A DNA stretch of 64,000 nt from an uncultured Desulfobacterales bacterium (lineage in GTDB: Bacteria; Desulfobacterota; Desulfobacteria; Desulfobacterales; B30-G6): NCBI GenBank assembly GCA_964633115.1, contig CAZWEO010000001.1, forward strand, positions 78,162 through 142,161, read 5' to 3'. How positions within the stretch are numbered: position 1 is the first letter of the stretch; every line of letters begins with the position of its first letter. Made by a program: the position numbers and the translations under genes. This document shows, piece by piece, positions 61,314 through 64,000 of the stretch. The notes below the pieces were generated by a model. That model was not told the origin of the DNA, searched no databases, and worked only from the letters and a program-made list of their open reading frames with translations.

Positions 61314-61982
61314 ATGATTGTTGCTGACAAGAAGCCAATTGAAGAGATTATTGAGGACATCAAGGATCACCAAAAGATACTGGTTCTGGGTTGCAATGAG
61401 TGTGTCACGGTGTGTGAGGCCGGCGGAAAAAAGGAGGTTGGCATCCTGGCATCGGCACTACGCATGTATTTCCTAAATCAGGGCAAGGAAAAGAAGATCG
61501 ATGAACGCACGCTCGAGCGCCAATGCGATCATGAATATCTAGAGGAGATCCGCAATGATATCGATCAGTACGATGCCGTTGTGTCGATTGCTTGTGGCGT
61601 CGGTGTCCAGTTTACAGCCGAAAAGTATCTGGCCATGCCCGTTTATCCCGGTGTCAATACCTGCTTTATGGGTGCCACCGAGGAACGTGGTCTCTGGACC
61701 GAACGATGTCAGGGGTGTGGGCAATGTATCTTATCCCGTACGGGTGGGATCTGCCCGGTTTCACGGTGTGCCAAACGGGTCATGAATGGGCCCTGCGGTG
61801 GATCCACCAAGGGAATGTGCGAAATCAACAAAGAGTTGCTGTGTGCTTGGCAACTGATTGTCGAACGTCTCAAAGCCCTGGATAGATTTGCTGAGTATGA
61901 GGAGCTGAGTCCGATTAAAGATTGGTCCACCGACCGGGCAGGAGGACCCCGAAAAGTTGTGAGGGAGGATGTGCAGTCATGA
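61314..61982 (+). CDS. metV: MetV (MTHFR-associated Cys-rich Fe-S/zinc-ribbon subunit)
   Basis: 222 aa and Cys-rich (LGCNECVTVCEAGG; CQGCGQC; CPVSRCAKRVMNGPCGG). ATGA overlap with the downstream metF. Confidence 0.8.
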   Translation: MIVADKKPIEEIIEDIKDHQKILVLGCNECVTVCEAGGKKEVGILASALRMYFLNQGKEKKIDERTLERQCDHEYLEEIRNDIDQYDAVVSIACGVGVQFTAEKYLAMPVYPGVNTCFMGATEERGLWTERCQGCGQCILSRTGGICPVSRCAKRVMNGPCGGSTKGMCEINKELLCAWQLIVERLKALDRFAEYEELSPIKDWSTDRAGGPRKVVREDVQS

Positions 61983-62908
61983 AAACAAATACGCCGAGTC
62001 GCTTGGAAAAGGTATTAGCTGCCGGTCAGATGGCCGTAACCTCAGAGTGTGGTCCGCCAAGAGGTAGTGATCCGGATGCCATTACCAAGAAAGCAGAGCT
62101 GATCAAGGACCATGTAGATGCCATCAATATCACCGATAATCAGACGTCAGTTACACGTATGTGCAGCCTGGCGGCCTGTATCCGCATCAAATTGATGGGA
62201 CTGGATCCGGTGTTACAGATGGTAACGCGCGATCGGAATCGGATTGCCTTGCAGAGTGATATTTTAGGCGCCGCATCCTATGATATCGCCAATATTCTGT
62301 GTCTCTCCGGCGATCATCAAAGTTTTGGTGACTGCGCCCAGGGCCAAAATGTGCATGATCTCGATTCCATGCAACTGGTTCAGACCGCTCGCCATATGCG
62401 CGATGAAGGTAAATTCTTGGGGGGTGACGATATCAAGCGGCCGCCTCAGATGTTTGTGGGTGCCGCAGCCAACCCTTTTGCCGATCCATTTGAGATACGC
62501 GTGCCAAGATTGGCCAAAAAAATCAAGGCCGGGGCCGAATTTATCCAAACTCAATGTATCTATAACCTGGATAAATTTGAAGAATGGATGAAGCTAACCC
62601 GGGATCGGGGTTTGCATGAACAGGTCTATATCCTAGCCGGCATGACACCTATGAAGTCGGCCGGTATGGCCAAATATATGAAGAATCGCGTACCCGGCAT
62701 GGATGTGCCCGATGAGTTGGTTAAACGCTTGTCGGATACGCCCAAGGAAAAGCAGGCCGAAGAGGGTATCAAGATATGTATTGAAGACATTCAACGATTG
62801 AAAGAAGTGGAAGGCGTGAGTGGTTTTCATGTCATGGCCATCGAGTGGGAAGAAATGGTACCTGAAATCGTGGAAGCGGCGGGTTTGTATCCTCGGCCCA
62901 CCGTGTGA
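61979..62908 (+). CDS. metF: Methylenetetrahydrofolate reductase (MetF paralogue 2, MetV-coupled)
   Basis: The ORF track starts at 61922. The ATG at 61979 overlaps the metV stop. 309 aa with blocks QMVTRDRNRIALQSDILGA and EFIQTQCIYN. Confidence 0.85.
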   Translation: MKTNTPSRLEKVLAAGQMAVTSECGPPRGSDPDAITKKAELIKDHVDAINITDNQTSVTRMCSLAACIRIKLMGLDPVLQMVTRDRNRIALQSDILGAASYDIANILCLSGDHQSFGDCAQGQNVHDLDSMQLVQTARHMRDEGKFLGGDDIKRPPQMFVGAAANPFADPFEIRVPRLAKKIKAGAEFIQTQCIYNLDKFEEWMKLTRDRGLHEQVYILAGMTPMKSAGMAKYMKNRVPGMDVPDELVKRLSDTPKEKQAEEGIKICIEDIQRLKEVEGVSGFHVMAIEWEEMVPEIVEAAGLYPRPTV

Positions 62909-62959
62909 ATTATTTAACCACTTAATAATCATCATTTTGGAACAGATAGGAGGTTTACC

Positions 62960-63349
62960 ATGACGGACAAAAAAAGAATTCTCGTAGTAGATGACGAGCC
63001 TGACTTCTGCTCCATCGTTCAGGGGCAGCTTGAAAAAGAAGGATTTGAAGTTGACTTGGCTTATAATGGGGTGGAGGGCATGGAGAAAGTTCAGGCCAAC
63101 CCCCCCGATGCGATTGTGCTCGATGTGATGATGCCCGAAAAAGACGGCTATGAAATGTGTAAGGAACTCAAATCAGATAGCAATTTATGTGAAATTCCAG
63201 TGCTTCTTTTGACCGCCGTGGCATCGCACGTAACATCGACCCGATATTCTCACGCCGATGGTATGAGCACCGAGGCTGATGATTATATCGCCAAACCCGC
63301 TTCGGCCGAGGAAATTTCACAAAGCATCCGTTTGATGCTGGGCATGTAG
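62960..63349 (+). CDS. Stand-alone response-regulator receiver (CheY-like)
   Basis: 129 aa. ILVVDDEPD, phospho-acceptor context VLDVMMPEKDG, and a Lys in the YIAKP block. Confidence 0.85.
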   Translation: MTDKKRILVVDDEPDFCSIVQGQLEKEGFEVDLAYNGVEGMEKVQANPPDAIVLDVMMPEKDGYEMCKELKSDSNLCEIPVLLLTAVASHVTSTRYSHADGMSTEADDYIAKPASAEEISQSIRLMLGM

Positions 63350-63424
63350 TCCATTTGGATTCAATCTATGCCTGTCAGATCAGGATGAGTATTTTCAAGT
63401 GGCTGTAATTGCGAGGAGTCAACC

Positions 63425-64000
63425 ATGTCATTGCCGGTTTTAAAGCTAGATAAGAAAAAAAGTGTGTTCAAAGAAGAGGTCATGAAAATCTTGCCCGAGG
63501 GGGGTAATCTAAATCTTTGTCTGACATGTGGGCTGTGCTCTTCGGGATGCCCGGCAACCGGGTTAGAGGACATGGACCCCCGAAAATTTTTAAGAATGGC
63601 TTCACTGGGGCTGGATGAGGAGGTGCTGAGTTCAAAGTGGGCCTGGATGTGTACCATGTGTCAACGCTGTATCATCGCCTGCCCCATGAAGATCGATATC
63701 CCGGCTCTGGTTTTCAATGTCCGTAATCGTTGGCCGGTAGAAGATCGACCCAAAGGTATTCATAGCTCATGTGAAATGGCCTTTAAAAATGATACCTGCA
63801 GCGCCATGGGTGCCACGGTAGAGGATTTTCGATTTGTCGTCGAGGATGTGCTGGAGGAGTATCAGGAGGAACAGCCTGAATTTAAGGATATGCAGGCGCC
63901 CATCGACAAACATGGGTCCGAGTTTTTCTTGAACCAGAACTCGCGCGAACCAGTGACGGAACCGGATGAAATGGTACCGTTATGGAAAATTTTGCACACG
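63425..64000 (+). CDS. HdrC/HdrD-like iron-sulfur protein (5' part; runs off the window)
   Basis: Not in the ORF track because there is no stop within the window. The ATG at 63425 is open for 192 codons. Two ferredoxin motifs, CLTCGLCSSGCP and CTMCQRCIIACP. The antisense ORF 63361..63657 is judged spurious. Confidence 0.75.
   Translation, partial: MSLPVLKLDKKKSVFKEEVMKILPEGGNLNLCLTCGLCSSGCPATGLEDMDPRKFLRMASLGLDEEVLSSKWAWMCTMCQRCIIACPMKIDIPALVFNVRNRWPVEDRPKGIHSSCEMAFKNDTCSAMGATVEDFRFVVEDVLEEYQEEQPEFKDMQAPIDKHGSEFFLNQNSREPVTEPDEMVPLWKILHT

Noticed and set aside
63361-63657. 98-aa minus-strand ORF
   Set aside because: It is antisense to a plus-strand frame that encodes two clean CX2CX2CX3CP ferredoxin motifs and stays open to the window edge. 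The minus ORF has no recognisable features.

Overview
Dense chromosomal window with coding on both strands. I found no rRNA, tRNA, CRISPR array or recognisable IS or transposase. Gene content points to an anaerobic Desulfobacterota (Desulfobacteraceae-like) genome: Sec-type HdrA and MvhD, MetFV, a TAXI-TRAP transporter, a sigma-54 enhancer-binding protein and a Na+-decarboxylase beta subunit. That taxonomic placement is inference only. Housekeeping landmarks are dnaN-gyrB, preceded by a 275-bp AT-rich region with DnaA-box-like motifs but no dnaA or recF, and rpmH-rnpA-yidD-yidC-jag-mnmE about 19 kb away on the same strand (rpmH is missing from the ORF track). Other content: three ABC importers, a TAXI-TRAP system next to GctAB-like CoA-transferase and L-2-hydroxyglutarate oxidase, asnS, degP, a radical-SAM gene with rng, and coaX. 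The most unusual loci are: (1) a sigma-54-controlled cluster at 53.6-64 kb, metF-like / giant HdrA-like / mvhD / metV / metF / receiver / HdrCD-like. Its giant HdrA-like gene and mvhD each need an in-frame UGA read as selenocysteine, and the ORF track splits or truncates both. Its upstream region has three TGCCA-N3-TGGCA palindromes, a 40-bp palindrome (16-bp perfect arms) and a well-spaced -24/-12 promoter. (2) A 1129-aa fusion of a full-length EndoQ-like PHP/Zn-ribbon nuclease to a UvrD/PcrA helicase, next to the candidate origin. (3) A KAS III-like enzyme with a roughly 180-aa insertion, divergent from an archaeal-type ThyA-fold gene. (4) An RdgC-like protein encoded as two coupled ORFs. 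(5) An orphan decarboxylase beta subunit with an OadG-like partner. (6) A structured element of about 120 nt with GNRA-capped hairpins between degP and asnS. (7) An internally deleted DUF554 remnant. All functional calls rest on motifs read by eye. No database search was run.
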